A stretch of 64,000 nt of DNA from Candidatus Saccharicenans sp. (GCA_017992175.1 JAGOPD010000007.1:1164-65163); one strand, 5' to 3'. Shown: positions 1-9,371, numbered from the stretch's first letter. Made by a program: numbers and translations. Notes: generated by a model from the sequence alone, not told the origin.

Positions 1-104
1 GTTACGTTGTTTAGACCGGCCGGGTGTCTTCAACAGTTTTTCCCCCGCGGCGGGACTTGATTTAACTAAGGGGCAGACCTCAGTTAAACTGGCTGTCTGG
101 CTTT

Positions 105-839
105 TTAGAAATCCAGATAATCGAGAGTCCGGGGCCTTTCTTCCAGATGGAAGATAATAATAGCCTGAAATATTTTCCCCAGGTGTTTCCAGTCTTGAGG
201 CGTCAGCTGGAAGTCGGGCAAACTGGCCGGAGAATTTTTCTTCATCCAGTCAATCAACTGGCGAAAAACCGGTGTAACTTCCAGTTTTTGATCAGGGGCG
301 CAGGCCGGACAAAGGACCCCCTGCCTTTCAGCGGCCAGCCAGCTGGAGGACTTAACCGGCCGGTGGCAATGCTGACAGCGGTTAAAATCAGGCAAAATGC
401 CGTTAATCTTTAAAAACCAGAATTCAAAATATCTGGTGATATATTCAACAGGCTGACCGGCTTTGGCCGCTGCCGTTACGGCTTGAAGCAGGCGGTAAAG
501 AAGTTCTTCCTTTTCCCGGTAAGGAGAGAATTTTTCCGTCAGCTCCGCCAGATAGGCAAAAGCCCAGGTAGTTTTTATCTGGCTGAAAAGTTCAAAGGCC
601 GAATCGAGGAGATCACTGTTGCTGATGGTAACAAAATCATGCTTTTCTTTTTCATAATAAAAAAGCCGGACTTGAGAAAAGGGCTCAAGACTGCTGCCGA
701 AACGGTTATTAAATTTACGAGCGCCTTTGGCCAGCCCCCGGCCCAATCCTTTTTCGCGGGAAAAGAAGACAACGAGTTTATCCTGCTCGCCGTAATTTTC
801 TGTTCTTAAAATGATGGCTTCTGATTGTTCCAGCGGCAT
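105..839 (-). CDS. recO: DNA repair protein RecO
   Basis: 244-aa ORF with a RecO-like N-terminus (MPLEQSEAIILR..YGEQDK) and a C-terminal CxxC...CxxC zinc module (CQHCHRP...CPACAP). Confidence 0.85.
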   Translation of the reverse strand: MPLEQSEAIILRTENYGEQDKLVVFFSREKGLGRGLAKGARKFNNRFGSSLEPFSQVRLFYYEKEKHDFVTISNSDLLDSAFELFSQIKTTWAFAYLAELTEKFSPYREKEELLYRLLQAVTAAAKAGQPVEYITRYFEFWFLKINGILPDFNRCQHCHRPVKSSSWLAAERQGVLCPACAPDQKLEVTPVFRQLIDWMKKNSPASLPDFQLTPQDWKHLGKIFQAIIIFHLEERPRTLDYLDF

Positions 840-883
840 TTGTTCCGGTTGTCCTCATTAAATAAATCTGGGGGTCAGGCTGG

Positions 884-1675
884 TCAGTCAGTCTTATTTT
901 CTGGCTGAAGGTAACCGTTCAGGTTATCAAGTGTGATTTTAATATTTTTAATTACTTCGCCTCTTTTCCCGAAGGGCTGGCCGGTTTTCCCATTTAAAGT
1001 AAAACTCAGCCCGCCGGCATTACCCAGATTGATGATTAACTCCGAGCTGGCTTTAACCGAAGTCTTAGAGCCTTCCAGTTTCAGACCATCCACCACCAGC
1101 TGGCCATCGGCATAGACCTGAATCCAACAATCTTCGTTAAAGGTTAAATCCAGGTTCAAGTCTTGATAACTTTTTTCCTCGACCGGCAGTTGAACTGGTT
1201 CCGTTACCGGCAGCGAAGGAGCAGGTGCCTCGGTCACAGCTACTTTTGAGGTTTCTTCAACTTTTTGATTGGCCTTTCTGGCTTCCACATTTTTTCTGGA
1301 AGTTGAAATGGAGAGATAGATTAAAAAGACGAAGGCAATTAGCACGATGGCTGATATAGAAATCCAGAAAATTTTATCGAGTCTGATTTTCTGGTGTGGC
1401 TTGTGAGGCGGGCCGGCTGGCCTGGCTGGAGTTTCTGATTCGATTAAGCCAGCCTCTATATACTTTGGCAGCCAGAGGGCTGGATCCTCTCCAATGGCTA
1501 TTAGATAAGTCTTTAAGATCTGGCGGGTAAAAAAGCCACCAGGTAAAAGTTCAAGCTGGTCCGCTTCAATAGCTTCCAGGTGACGGAGGCCAATTTTTGT
1601 CTCGAGAGAGATATCTTTTAAAGACAGCCCTTTTTTCTCTCTGCTGTTTTTTAATAGCCTGCCTAAACTTTCCAT
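884..1675 (-). CDS. RodZ-like helix-turn-helix membrane protein
   Basis: N-terminal Xre-type HTH (KKGLSLKDISLETKIGLRHLEAIE), one central TM helix, and a C-terminal beta-rich domain as in RodZ/DUF4115 proteins. Confidence 0.7.
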   Translation of the reverse strand: MESLGRLLKNSREKKGLSLKDISLETKIGLRHLEAIEADQLELLPGGFFTRQILKTYLIAIGEDPALWLPKYIEAGLIESETPARPAGPPHKPHQKIRLDKIFWISISAIVLIAFVFLIYLSISTSRKNVEARKANQKVEETSKVAVTEAPAPSLPVTEPVQLPVEEKSYQDLNLDLTFNEDCWIQVYADGQLVVDGLKLEGSKTSVKASSELIINLGNAGGLSFTLNGKTGQPFGKRGEVIKNIKITLDNLNGYLQPENKTD

Positions 1676-1769
1676 AATTCTGTTTTAATTTTAAATTAAC
1701 TTCCCATTATGAGTCAAATCGCCGGTTTGAGCACCCAGGCCCAGAAGTCTTTAGAACCAGGGCAGCAGA

Positions 1770-2669
1770 TCAGACCCGCAGAAACTTCGAGACCGAGCTG
1801 GCACTGCCCAGAGTGCCGGTCAAGGCCCCGCCAACTACCAGCCAGATCATCTGTTCCAGGCTTAAAGGTCTCAAAGCCAGCAGCTGCTCGGCTGCGCCCA
1901 GAGTCTGGCCAATATAAACTGGAAAAATTTTGATCAGGAGAAAAAGAATAAAAATAGAAAGCAGGCTGCCTAAGAGGCCCAGGGCAAAGCCTTCAACCAG
2001 GAAGGGAATCCGGATGAAAGTATTAGTCGCTCCGACCAGCCGCTGGATTTCGATTTCATTTTTGCGGGCAAAGACGTTAAGCCTGACTACATTGGAAATA
2101 ATAAAGAAAGAGGCCAGAATTAAAATCGCACCCAGAAAGAAGCCAATGGCCTGGACTATCCGGCTTAAAGATTCCATTTTTTCTACCCAGTCTTGATTGA
2201 ACTGGACATCAACCACACCTGGCAGGCGCTTGAGGTGGTCAATAAAAGCCGTAATGGCGGCCAGGGTGACAGACTTATCTTTGAGCCTGGCTTCCAGCGA
2301 GGGAGGAAAAGGATTGGAGTCCAGATTGGCTACAATCTCTTTTAATTCAGGAAAGTTGGCGGTAAAACGGCTCAGGGCTTCGCTCTGAGAAACATAAACC
2401 ACGCTATCTACCAGAGTTGAATCCAGGATTACCTGCCTTATTTCTTCAACCTCTTTAGCTGGCAAATTCTGTTTAAGAAAGAAAGAAATGGCCAGGTTAT
2501 TCGATAATTGCTCACCAAGATAAGTCAGGTTATTGGACAGGGCTAAAAAAACGCCGATGACCAGGAAAGAAAAACTGATAATCAGAACCGAAATCAAATT
2601 GCGGCCCCGGAAATTCCAGAGGTTATGGCCAGCAGACTGCAAAAGATATTTGAGCTGTCTGAAAATCAT
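1770..2669 (-). CDS. ftsX: cell division permease FtsX
   Basis: 299 aa with four TM segments and a large first periplasmic loop. Its start overlaps the stop of the upstream ftsE by 4 nt. Confidence 0.85.
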   Translation of the reverse strand: MIFRQLKYLLQSAGHNLWNFRGRNLISVLIISFSFLVIGVFLALSNNLTYLGEQLSNNLAISFFLKQNLPAKEVEEIRQVILDSTLVDSVVYVSQSEALSRFTANFPELKEIVANLDSNPFPPSLEARLKDKSVTLAAITAFIDHLKRLPGVVDVQFNQDWVEKMESLSRIVQAIGFFLGAILILASFFIISNVVRLNVFARKNEIEIQRLVGATNTFIRIPFLVEGFALGLLGSLLSIFILFLLIKIFPVYIGQTLGAAEQLLALRPLSLEQMIWLVVGGALTGTLGSASSVSKFLRV

Positions 2670-3334
2670 GGCTTTACTTCCTGGCCAATGATTTTGCCTG
2701 TCTGGAGGAAAAAGATTTTATGGCCAAAATGACGGATTAATTCCCGGTCATGGCTGCCGATGATGACCGTGGCCCCCTGGTCGTTGATTTCTTTAAAAAT
2801 GGTCATAATTTCATAGGCCAGTTCCGGGTCCAGATTGCCGGTTGGTTCATCAGCCAGCAAAATCTTGGGGCGATTGACAATAGCCCGGGCAATGGCCACT
2901 CTTTGCTGCTCGCCGTAGGACAACCGGGAAGGATATTCCCACATCTTGTGATGAAGGTTGACCTGGCGGAGAGAGTTGAAAACCCGGCGTCTGATCTCTT
3001 TATCAGGCAGGCCGGTAATCTGCAGGGATATGGCTACATTGGCAAAAACTGATTGATGAAACATCAACCTGAAATCCTGGAAGACAATTCCCATCGTCCG
3101 GCGCAGTTTGTATATTTTATGATCAGGTATTTTAAGAATATTGACTCCATCAATGAGAATCTGACCTTCAGTTGGCAGGATTTCCCTGAAAATAATTCTT
3201 AGCAGGGTTGTTTTGCCTGAACCGCTGGGCCCGGTGATAAAACAGAAGTCCCCGGTGTTTATTTCGAGGGAAACATCGGAAATAGCCCAGCGAGGTTTCT
3301 GGTACTGCTTCCAGATATGATAAAGTTCAATCAT
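2666..3334 (-). CDS. ftsE: cell division ATP-binding protein FtsE
   Basis: ABC ATPase with Walker A GPSGSGKTT, signature LSYGEQQR and Walker B ILLADEP. Paired with ftsX. Confidence 0.9.
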   Translation of the reverse strand: MIELYHIWKQYQKPRWAISDVSLEINTGDFCFITGPSGSGKTTLLRIIFREILPTEGQILIDGVNILKIPDHKIYKLRRTMGIVFQDFRLMFHQSVFANVAISLQITGLPDKEIRRRVFNSLRQVNLHHKMWEYPSRLSYGEQQRVAIARAIVNRPKILLADEPTGNLDPELAYEIMTIFKEINDQGATVIIGSHDRELIRHFGHKIFFLQTGKIIGQEVKP

Positions 3335-3350
3335 CTAAGCTAATAAGAAT

Positions 3351-4817
3351 TTATTTTTTAGCCAGCCGGTTGAGGGCTTCGGTCAGGAGAGAGCGAGCCT
3401 TTTCCGGGCTGGCTTTTCCCTGACTGCCTTTCATCACCTGGCCGAGCAAGAAGCCTATAACCTGAGTCTTACCGCCAAGATATTGACTGACCGGCTGAGG
3501 GTTCTCCTCCAGAACCCGGTTGATGATGGCCAGCAGGGCGCCATCTTCAGCAATAGGCTTCAGCCCCTTTTCTTCAATAATAGAGCTGGCTTCTTTCCCT
3601 GTTTTTAGCATTTCAGGGAAAACCTGTTCCTTGGCGATGGTCATGGTAATCTCTTGAGCTTCCACCAGCTTGATCAGTGCGGCCAGCGAGCCGGGTTGAA
3701 TGGGAAACAGGTCTATTTCCAGATTGTTTTCTTTCAGGAATTGCAGGACTTCTCTTTTGACCCAGTTAGCGGCCTGACGGGGTAAGCCTGAATCGCAAGC
3801 TACAGCCTCATAATAATCGGCTAAAGCCCGGCTGGAAACCAGGATGCTGGCCTCATCAGCGGCCAGGCCGTATTGCCTGATAAATCTTTCCCTCTTGGCC
3901 TGGGGCAGCTCAGGGAGCTCAGCTTCAATCTCTGTTATCCAGCCCTCCGAAATAATGAGCGGCGGCAAATCAGGTTCAGGAAAATAGCGGTAGTCATGAG
4001 CTTCTTCTTTGCTGCGCTGGGGAACAGTCCTTCCTCCGGCTGCATCCCAGCCTCTGGTCTCCTGAATTATTCTTTCGCCTTTTTCCAGGAGTTCTACCTG
4101 ACGTTTAGCCTCATAGTCAAGGGCCCTGGCCAGAAAGCGGAAAGAATTGATGTTTTTAACCTCAGTTTTTGTTCCAGCTTCTTTTGAATCTGTCCGCCTG
4201 ACAGATAAATTGGCATCACAGCGGAGGTTGCCTTCTTCCATATTTCCGTCGCAAACTTCCAGGTACTGGAGAAGTGTCCTCAAATTTTGAACAAACTCAA
4301 CAGCTTCACTGGCCGTACTCATCTCTGGCCTGGTGACAATTTCAACGAGTGGAACGCCGCAACGGTTAAAATCCAGATAAGTTTTCTCAGCCGAATCGGG
4401 GAAGCCTTCATGCAGTGATTTGCCTGCATCTTCTTCGAGGTGGAGCCTCTCTAAGTGAATGATTTTTGGCTGGCCCTCGTTTTCAATCAGTAACTCACCG
4501 CCTTCAGCTACCGGCAGGTTGTACTGGGTAATCTGGTAGCCTTTAGGCAAATCGGGGTAAAAATAATTTTTCCGGCTGAAAACTGATTTCAGATTAATTC
4601 TGGCTTGGAGGGCCAGAGCCAGCTTAACAGCCATTCTGACTGCTTCCCGGTTGATGACCGGCAGGCTGCCTGGCAGTCCCAGGCAGACTGGACAGGTCTG
4701 GCTGTTAGGCTGAAGCCCGAACCGCGTACGGCAGCGGCAGAAAAGCTTGGTTTTTGTCAGAAGCTGGGCATGAATCTCAAGGCCGATGACTGTTTCGTAT
4801 TTCATGATTAAAGGCAA
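3351..4817 (-). CDS. gatB: Asp-tRNA(Asn)/Glu-tRNA(Gln) amidotransferase subunit B
   Basis: 488 aa with hallmark GatB motifs (YETVIGLEIHAQL, NRCGVPLVEIV, DANLSVR, YRYFPEPDLPP). The ATG at 4805 (MKYETVIG) is a likelier start than the TTG at 4817. Confidence 0.95.
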   Translation of the reverse strand: MPLIMKYETVIGLEIHAQLLTKTKLFCRCRTRFGLQPNSQTCPVCLGLPGSLPVINREAVRMAVKLALALQARINLKSVFSRKNYFYPDLPKGYQITQYNLPVAEGGELLIENEGQPKIIHLERLHLEEDAGKSLHEGFPDSAEKTYLDFNRCGVPLVEIVTRPEMSTASEAVEFVQNLRTLLQYLEVCDGNMEEGNLRCDANLSVRRTDSKEAGTKTEVKNINSFRFLARALDYEAKRQVELLEKGERIIQETRGWDAAGGRTVPQRSKEEAHDYRYFPEPDLPPLIISEGWITEIEAELPELPQAKRERFIRQYGLAADEASILVSSRALADYYEAVACDSGLPRQAANWVKREVLQFLKENNLEIDLFPIQPGSLAALIKLVEAQEITMTIAKEQVFPEMLKTGKEASSIIEEKGLKPIAEDGALLAIINRVLEENPQPVSQYLGGKTQVIGFLLGQVMKGSQGKASPEKARSLLTEALNRLAKK

Positions 4818-4914
4818 TAATTATAACATAAAATTTTTTTCTGGTTCAAAAAATCAGAAAAAGAAACAGAGCCAGCCAGGGAGTGAAGCGGGGAAGGCAG
4901 ATAAGCAGTTGAGT

Positions 4915-5094
4915 TTATCTGGCAAATAAATACATAAACCAGCCAAAGGCCAGTGAAGCCACAGTCATAATCAAAAAAAGAGTCAGGCCGTATTTTAACC
5001 TGGATTTAAAATCAGCTCTTCTAATCAGGGCCAGGACCACCGAGACCAGCAGGGCATAAATGATCATGGTATAAAGATGACTCTGAAGTATCAT
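4915..5094 (-). CDS. small two-TM membrane protein (59 aa)
   Basis: Below the ORF-track cutoff. My translation is MILQSHLYTMIIYALLVSVVLALIRRADFKSRLKYGLTLFLIMTVASLAFGWFMYLFAR. Its ATG overlaps the TGA of the upstream gene (ATGA at 5091-5094). Confidence 0.4.
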   Translation of the reverse strand: MILQSHLYTMIIYALLVSVVLALIRRADFKSRLKYGLTLFLIMTVASLAFGWFMYLFAR

Positions 5095-5465
5095 GATTTC
5101 TTCCCCCGGCCAATATCCCAGGCATCAAGAGCGATCAAAAAGTTGAGCAGGCCGGCGCCAGCCAGATAGGCACTGCCAAACTCAAACGAGACTCTCTCCA
5201 TCTCTCCCAGGCCCAGAGGTGTTAGTCTCGACAGGAGATAAAGAAAACCGTTGCCGAGATCGGAGAGAAAGGCCAGCACGGTCAGCGGATTATCAGCCTG
5301 AGCAGGGTAAATTCTTCCCCCCATGACCAGTCCTAAAAGACACATCAGGCCGATGGCTCCGAGGAAAATCAAACCCCGCCAGTATTTTTTAAGATACAGG
5401 TGCCCCAGACCGGGGACGAACCAGCCCAGCAGGCCTGCGGTTAGCGCTTTCGTTTTCATAAGCAT
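5091..5465 (-). CDS. small integral membrane protein, function unknown
   Basis: 124 aa with three or four hydrophobic helices. I recognise no catalytic motif. Confidence 0.6.
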   Translation of the reverse strand: MLMKTKALTAGLLGWFVPGLGHLYLKKYWRGLIFLGAIGLMCLLGLVMGGRIYPAQADNPLTVLAFLSDLGNGFLYLLSRLTPLGLGEMERVSFEFGSAYLAGAGLLNFLIALDAWDIGRGKKS

Positions 5466-5561
5466 TTATGTTAATCAAAATCAGTCTTTAAATCAAGACC
5501 AGAGCTGATTAAAAATTGATATAATCTGGAGAGTGGCAGGGAAAGAGTGTAAAATTTCAGC

Positions 5562-6389
5562 ATGCCTGAATTGCCTGAAGTTGAAACTATCGTCAGGGGT
5601 TTGAAAGCTAATCTGCTTGGCCGGCGGGTTAAGGAATTGGTTTTTATTTCCCCTCATCTGAAAAAAAAGCAATTAGCGGGGGCTTTCCGGCCGGAAGCTT
5701 ACCGCCGGCGAAAAATCCTGGATATCTGGCGCCGGGGGAAGATGATTGTTTTCAGGTTTGATGGCCAGCTGGGATTGCTGGTTCACCTGAAGATGACCGG
5801 GCAGCTTTTTCTGGCGGATCCTGGCCGGAAGATAGATAAGCATACCCATGCCCGCCTGACCTTTTACGGACTGAAAAAAGAACTGCTCTTCCGGGACATC
5901 AGAAAATTCGGTTTTCTAAACTGTTTAGCTTTAAGTCAAATTGAAGAAAAAATAAAGACAGATTTAGGGCCGGAGCCATTTGAGATCAGTCTCAGTGATT
6001 TTAGGTGTTTGCTGAAAAGACATGGTCAAAAAAGGTTGAAAAACTGGCTGCTTGACCAGAAAATCATAGCCGGGATTGGCAACATCTATTCTGATGAGAT
6101 ACTTTTCAGGGCCAGGCTCAGTCCTTTCAGGCTGGCTGGCAGCCTGACTGAAGAACAGGGGGCCAGACTCTACCGGGCGGCCAGAAGGGTTCTGGAGGAA
6201 GCTATTGCGCTTAAGGGCTCATCCATTAGCGACTACGTCGATGCTACGGGCGAAAAGGGCGGATTCCAGCAGCGGCACCGGGTTTATGCTAAGGCCGGGC
6301 AGCTCTGCCCCCGCTGCCATCGTGAAAAAATAGTCAGGGAAAAAATCAACGGCCGGAGTACCTACTACTGTCCCGCCTGTCAGCTCTGA
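5562..6389 (+). CDS. mutM: formamidopyrimidine-DNA glycosylase
   Basis: N-terminal MPELPEVE catalytic motif, an H2TH region and a C-terminal zinc finger (CPRCH...YYCPACQ). Confidence 0.9.
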   Translation: MPELPEVETIVRGLKANLLGRRVKELVFISPHLKKKQLAGAFRPEAYRRRKILDIWRRGKMIVFRFDGQLGLLVHLKMTGQLFLADPGRKIDKHTHARLTFYGLKKELLFRDIRKFGFLNCLALSQIEEKIKTDLGPEPFEISLSDFRCLLKRHGQKRLKNWLLDQKIIAGIGNIYSDEILFRARLSPFRLAGSLTEEQGARLYRAARRVLEEAIALKGSSISDYVDATGEKGGFQQRHRVYAKAGQLCPRCHREKIVREKINGRSTYYCPACQL

Positions 6390-6504
6390 AGCTTCTTGAG
6401 GGTTCAACCGGTTAAAATCCGCCATTGGCCTGAACCTAGCTCCTGACGGCACCCCGAATTGAAAAAAACTCAAGCTTAAGTTATATTTACCTGGCAAGAT
6501 GGTT

Positions 6505-6582
6505 GCCCCTGTAGCTCAGTATGGATAGAGCAAGGGATTCCTAATCCCTGTGCCGCCAGTTCGAGTCTGGCCAGGGGCACCA
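6505..6582 (+). tRNA. tRNA-Arg (anticodon CCT), CCA encoded
   Basis: Cloverleaf folded by hand. Acceptor GCCCCTG/CAGGGGC, anticodon stem AGGGA/TCCCT with loop TTCCTAA (CCT at 6540-6542), T-arm GCCAG-TTCGAGT-CTGGC, discriminator A, then CCA. Confidence 0.9.
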
Positions 6583-6708
6583 GGCCCTTCAATTCTGATA
6601 AAAGAAGAGGGAAAGAATTCATCCTGAAAATCATCTTGAGAGGTGATAAAACAAGGGGTAAGTTGTATTATTTATCATAATTGAAAGATTTTATGAAAGG
6701 ATAGGGCC

Positions 6709-8016
6709 ATGGACAGCATTCTTTTACTGGATTTTGAGGACAAGGATAAAGCTTTCTTTGAGCAGGAAAAAATTGAAACTTATTTGCTGCGCACTTCCGA
6801 TTTCCAGAATTTGCCGGTTGTTTTACCTGAAACCAAAAACATCTTTTTCCAGATGAGCTCACCCGTGGAAAATGAGGCCATCCCGGCCGACCTATCAGAA
6901 AAGATAAGGGATCTGGTCAAAAACGGGGCCAGACTGGTTGGCTTTATCGGCCAGGGATATCTTTATCAACTGACTGGTGTCATCGGTGCTTTCCCTGAAA
7001 TTCATCTCCAGGAATCAGCCAAAGGCGATTCTATCATTGTCAATCCCGAGCAGCCCTTTAACTTTCTGTTTGATAGATATTTTGACCAAATCGGCTTTAT
7101 GTACAAACTGCTGCCTGATCCTTTAGCGGCAAATATCTGGGAAATTCCATCGGCCCAGGACGAAAGCTGGAAAATTGTGGCTAAAAGCCAGGACGGCTAT
7201 CCGGTTTCTTTGCTGATTAAGAAGGGGAAAGGATTTTTCTGGCTTCTTCCCTGGTTCGGGTCCAATAATATTCAGGTAGCCGATTTTATTCTGAGAGATG
7301 TTTTCCCGCTGTTAGATTTTAAGGGCAAAGAGGCAGAACTTGCTGATTGGGCTGACCGGGAAGAATATGTCTTTCCTGAAATTAAACATCTCTACCGGCA
7401 AAAAGACGAAGAAAAAAAGAAATTTGAAGAGAAAATCAAACAAATAGATGAGCAGATTAAAACTCTAAGGGCGACTGAGCAGGAATCTTTTATCCGGCTG
7501 CTCAAAGCTGAAGGCCAGGAGCTCAAAACGGCCGCGGTTAAGGCTTTTAAATATCTCGGCTGGACCAAAGCTATTGACGTTGATGACTACTGGAAAAATG
7601 TGATCAGAGATAAAGAAGAGGATATCTGGATCATTGATGATTCTGATCAGCCGGTTGAAGTCAGCCTGCGGAAAGGCTTTTTAATCCTGGTGGTGGTTAG
7701 AAGCTCCAAGAACTGGGCTGCTGACGACGATGGTATCATGCTCCAGAGGTTTAAAGGGCGGAGAATGCAGGAATTTGATAATACCAAAATGAAAGGTTTG
7801 CTTCTGGGCAATTACTTTAACCAGCAGGAAGCCAGGCTGAGAAAGAATCCTTTTTCCCAGTTCCAGATTGAAGAAGCGGAAAAAGACGGCAATGGCTTGC
7901 TGACCACTTATGATTTGTTTAAAGCCATTAGAGCTGAAAAAGAGGGATTGATTACCAAAGAAGATATCAGGCACCAGATCAAAGAAAAATCAGGCTTAAT
8001 TCAATTCGATTTTTAA
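6709..8016 (+). CDS. hypothetical protein (435 aa), modular, function unknown
   Basis: Long ORF with ordinary codon usage. It has an N-terminal ~210-aa globular part, a Lys/Glu-rich predicted coiled coil (KDEEKKKFEEKIKQIDEQIKTLRATEQE) and a C-terminal ~170-aa alpha/beta part. No motif recognised with confidence. Confidence 0.6.
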   Translation: MDSILLLDFEDKDKAFFEQEKIETYLLRTSDFQNLPVVLPETKNIFFQMSSPVENEAIPADLSEKIRDLVKNGARLVGFIGQGYLYQLTGVIGAFPEIHLQESAKGDSIIVNPEQPFNFLFDRYFDQIGFMYKLLPDPLAANIWEIPSAQDESWKIVAKSQDGYPVSLLIKKGKGFFWLLPWFGSNNIQVADFILRDVFPLLDFKGKEAELADWADREEYVFPEIKHLYRQKDEEKKKFEEKIKQIDEQIKTLRATEQESFIRLLKAEGQELKTAAVKAFKYLGWTKAIDVDDYWKNVIRDKEEDIWIIDDSDQPVEVSLRKGFLILVVVRSSKNWAADDDGIMLQRFKGRRMQEFDNTKMKGLLLGNYFNQQEARLRKNPFSQFQIEEAEKDGNGLLTTYDLFKAIRAEKEGLITKEDIRHQIKEKSGLIQFDF

Positions 8017-8315
8017 GCTCTATTTTGCTTCTCGTTGCCTCCGGCCAGTTATCGGTGGACGGTCAGGACTGATTTTTATCAATAACTTCACTTCAGTCGC
8101 CTTTCCTGAAGACATTCTGTTGCCAGATATTTAGGAGGGCAGCCCCGTTCTCTCAATGGATCAACAGAGTTAAGCTGGAAACCTGGAGGGCGAGTGGCTT
8201 CCTTCCGCGAGTCTCGCTTCCAGGCACGGCCCTCAGGCCTGGTACTTACCAGAGGGGACAATCGCTTGGAATTTTCTTCTATTTATGCTAAAAATGAAGT
8301 CTCTGAGGAGAAAAC

Positions 8316-8972
8316 ATGAAAAGGACTGAACGAAGACAACTGAAAGAAGATGAACTGGCCACCGGGCTGAGCCGGTTTTTTCTCTGGGTAAAACAACATG
8401 GAAAACAGCTCGAAATCGCCGGGATAGCGGTGGTGGTGGTAGCTGCCATCATTATTGGCTTAAGGCTTTACAGCGGCTATAGAAAAAGCCAGGAAGCCAA
8501 TTTTTTAAATCAGGTGCTGGCTCTGCGGGCTGAGCTTGATCAAAAACCGGAAAATCTGGCCGAACTGGAAAAACTGGCCGCCTCCAGCCGTTATGGGAGA
8601 ATCGCCAGCTTGAGCCTGGCAGCTTATTATGTCGAGAAGAATAATTTTAGCCAGGCCGAAAAAATTCTGGAGCGGGTGAAAGATAAAGGCTCTGATCTCA
8701 TTCATTACCAGATTCTTGATCTTTACGGTCAGGTACTGTCCAGGCAGAATAAACTGGATGAGGCCATTGCTGTCTACCGGCAGGTTGAAAAAGAGAAACC
8801 AGAATCTTACCCCTTAGACTTAATCTTGTTTCATTTAGCTGAAGTTTATGAGAAGAAGGGCGACCGGCAGCAGGCTTTGGCCGTTTACCAGGAACTCCAG
8901 GCTGGCTACCAGAACACTTATTATGGCTATCAGGCAGCCATGAAAGTTATGAAGCTTCAGGCCAGTAGTTAA
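8316..8972 (+). CDS. membrane-anchored TPR-like protein (YfgM-like)
   Basis: N-terminal charged segment plus one TM helix (IAGIAVVVVAAIIIGL), followed by TPR-like helical repeats. Confidence 0.7.
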   Translation: MKRTERRQLKEDELATGLSRFFLWVKQHGKQLEIAGIAVVVVAAIIIGLRLYSGYRKSQEANFLNQVLALRAELDQKPENLAELEKLAASSRYGRIASLSLAAYYVEKNNFSQAEKILERVKDKGSDLIHYQILDLYGQVLSRQNKLDEAIAVYRQVEKEKPESYPLDLILFHLAEVYEKKGDRQQALAVYQELQAGYQNTYYGYQAAMKVMKLQASS

Positions 8973-9050
8973 GATTGGCCTCTGTCTTGTATATTTTTTC
9001 TTAAAAGTTATAATATGTTTTAATTATTCACTAAACAACAGGAGGAAAAG

Positions 9051-9302
9051 ATGGCCTATAAAATCACAGAAGAATGTATCAACTGCGGTGCCTGCGAACC
9101 AGAATGCCCGAATCAAGCGATCTCGGCTGGTGATGAAAGATATGAGATCAACCCTGACAAATGTACTGAATGTGTTGGCTATTTTGATGAACCCCAGTGC
9201 GCTTCGGTCTGTCCGGTAAATTGCTGTATTCCTGATCCTGATCATCGAGAGACCAAAGAAGAGCTGGAAACTAAATTTAACAAAATCAAGAGTAACTCCT
9301 GA
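9051..9302 (+). CDS. 4Fe-4S ferredoxin (YfhL-type)
   Basis: 83 aa with [12 protein letters not shown] and CTEC...CASVCP cluster motifs. Confidence 0.9.
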   Translation: MAYKITEECINCGACEPECPNQAISAGDERYEINPDKCTECVGYFDEPQCASVCPVNCCIPDPDHRETKEELETKFNKIKSNS

Positions 9303-9313
9303 GATCAAATTAA

Positions 9314-9352
9314 AAGGCAAGAGGGCTTCAGGTTCTCTTGCCTTTTCTTTTA
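9314..9352 (+). terminator. intrinsic terminator after the ferredoxin gene
   Basis: 10-bp stem AAGGCAAGAG/CTCTTGCCTT (9314-9323 / 9335-9344) with an 11-nt loop, followed by TTCTTTTA. Confidence 0.6.
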
Positions 9353-9371
9353 ATACAGGTCCCGGTTTAAA

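Noticed and set aside
147-809. Antisense and alternative-frame ORFs nested inside larger genes throughout the track. Examples include 147-413, 483-809, 1930-2196, 3873-4187, 12655-12852, 21316-21636, 35385-35636, 47066-47455, 54001-54345 and 61423-61737.
   Set aside because: Each lies wholly within a longer ORF that carries clear family motifs on the opposite strand or in another frame. Their products are low-complexity or Arg/Ser/Pro-rich, typical of out-of-frame translation, and no independent RBS was seen.
8197-8207. On the minus strand this 11-mer reads CGGAAGGAAGC. It is identical to the core of SRP (4.5S) RNA domain IV, and nearby ACCAGGCCUGAGGGCC resembles the SRP 5' strand. I therefore considered calling an ffs gene.
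   Set aside because: The residues flanking the putative GGAA tetraloop (..UCGC GGAA GGAA..) cannot form the conserved closing pairs. The 5' strand is separated from the loop by about 20 extra nucleotides, and the symmetric and asymmetric loop pattern cannot be drawn. Only a covariance-model scan (RF00169/RF01854) could rescue the call. I kept it only as an unassigned structured element.
6505-8315. Possibility that the orphan gene is part of an island integrated into tRNA-Arg(CCT), and likewise that the 41.8-48.5 kb region is integrated at tRNA-Arg(CCG).
   Set aside because: I looked for a direct repeat of the tRNA 3' halves (..TTCGAGTCTGGCCAGGGGCA / ..TTCGAATCGCGCCAGGCG) in the adjacent spacers and found none. 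No integrase gene is present. tRNA proximality is therefore noted, but integration is not claimed.
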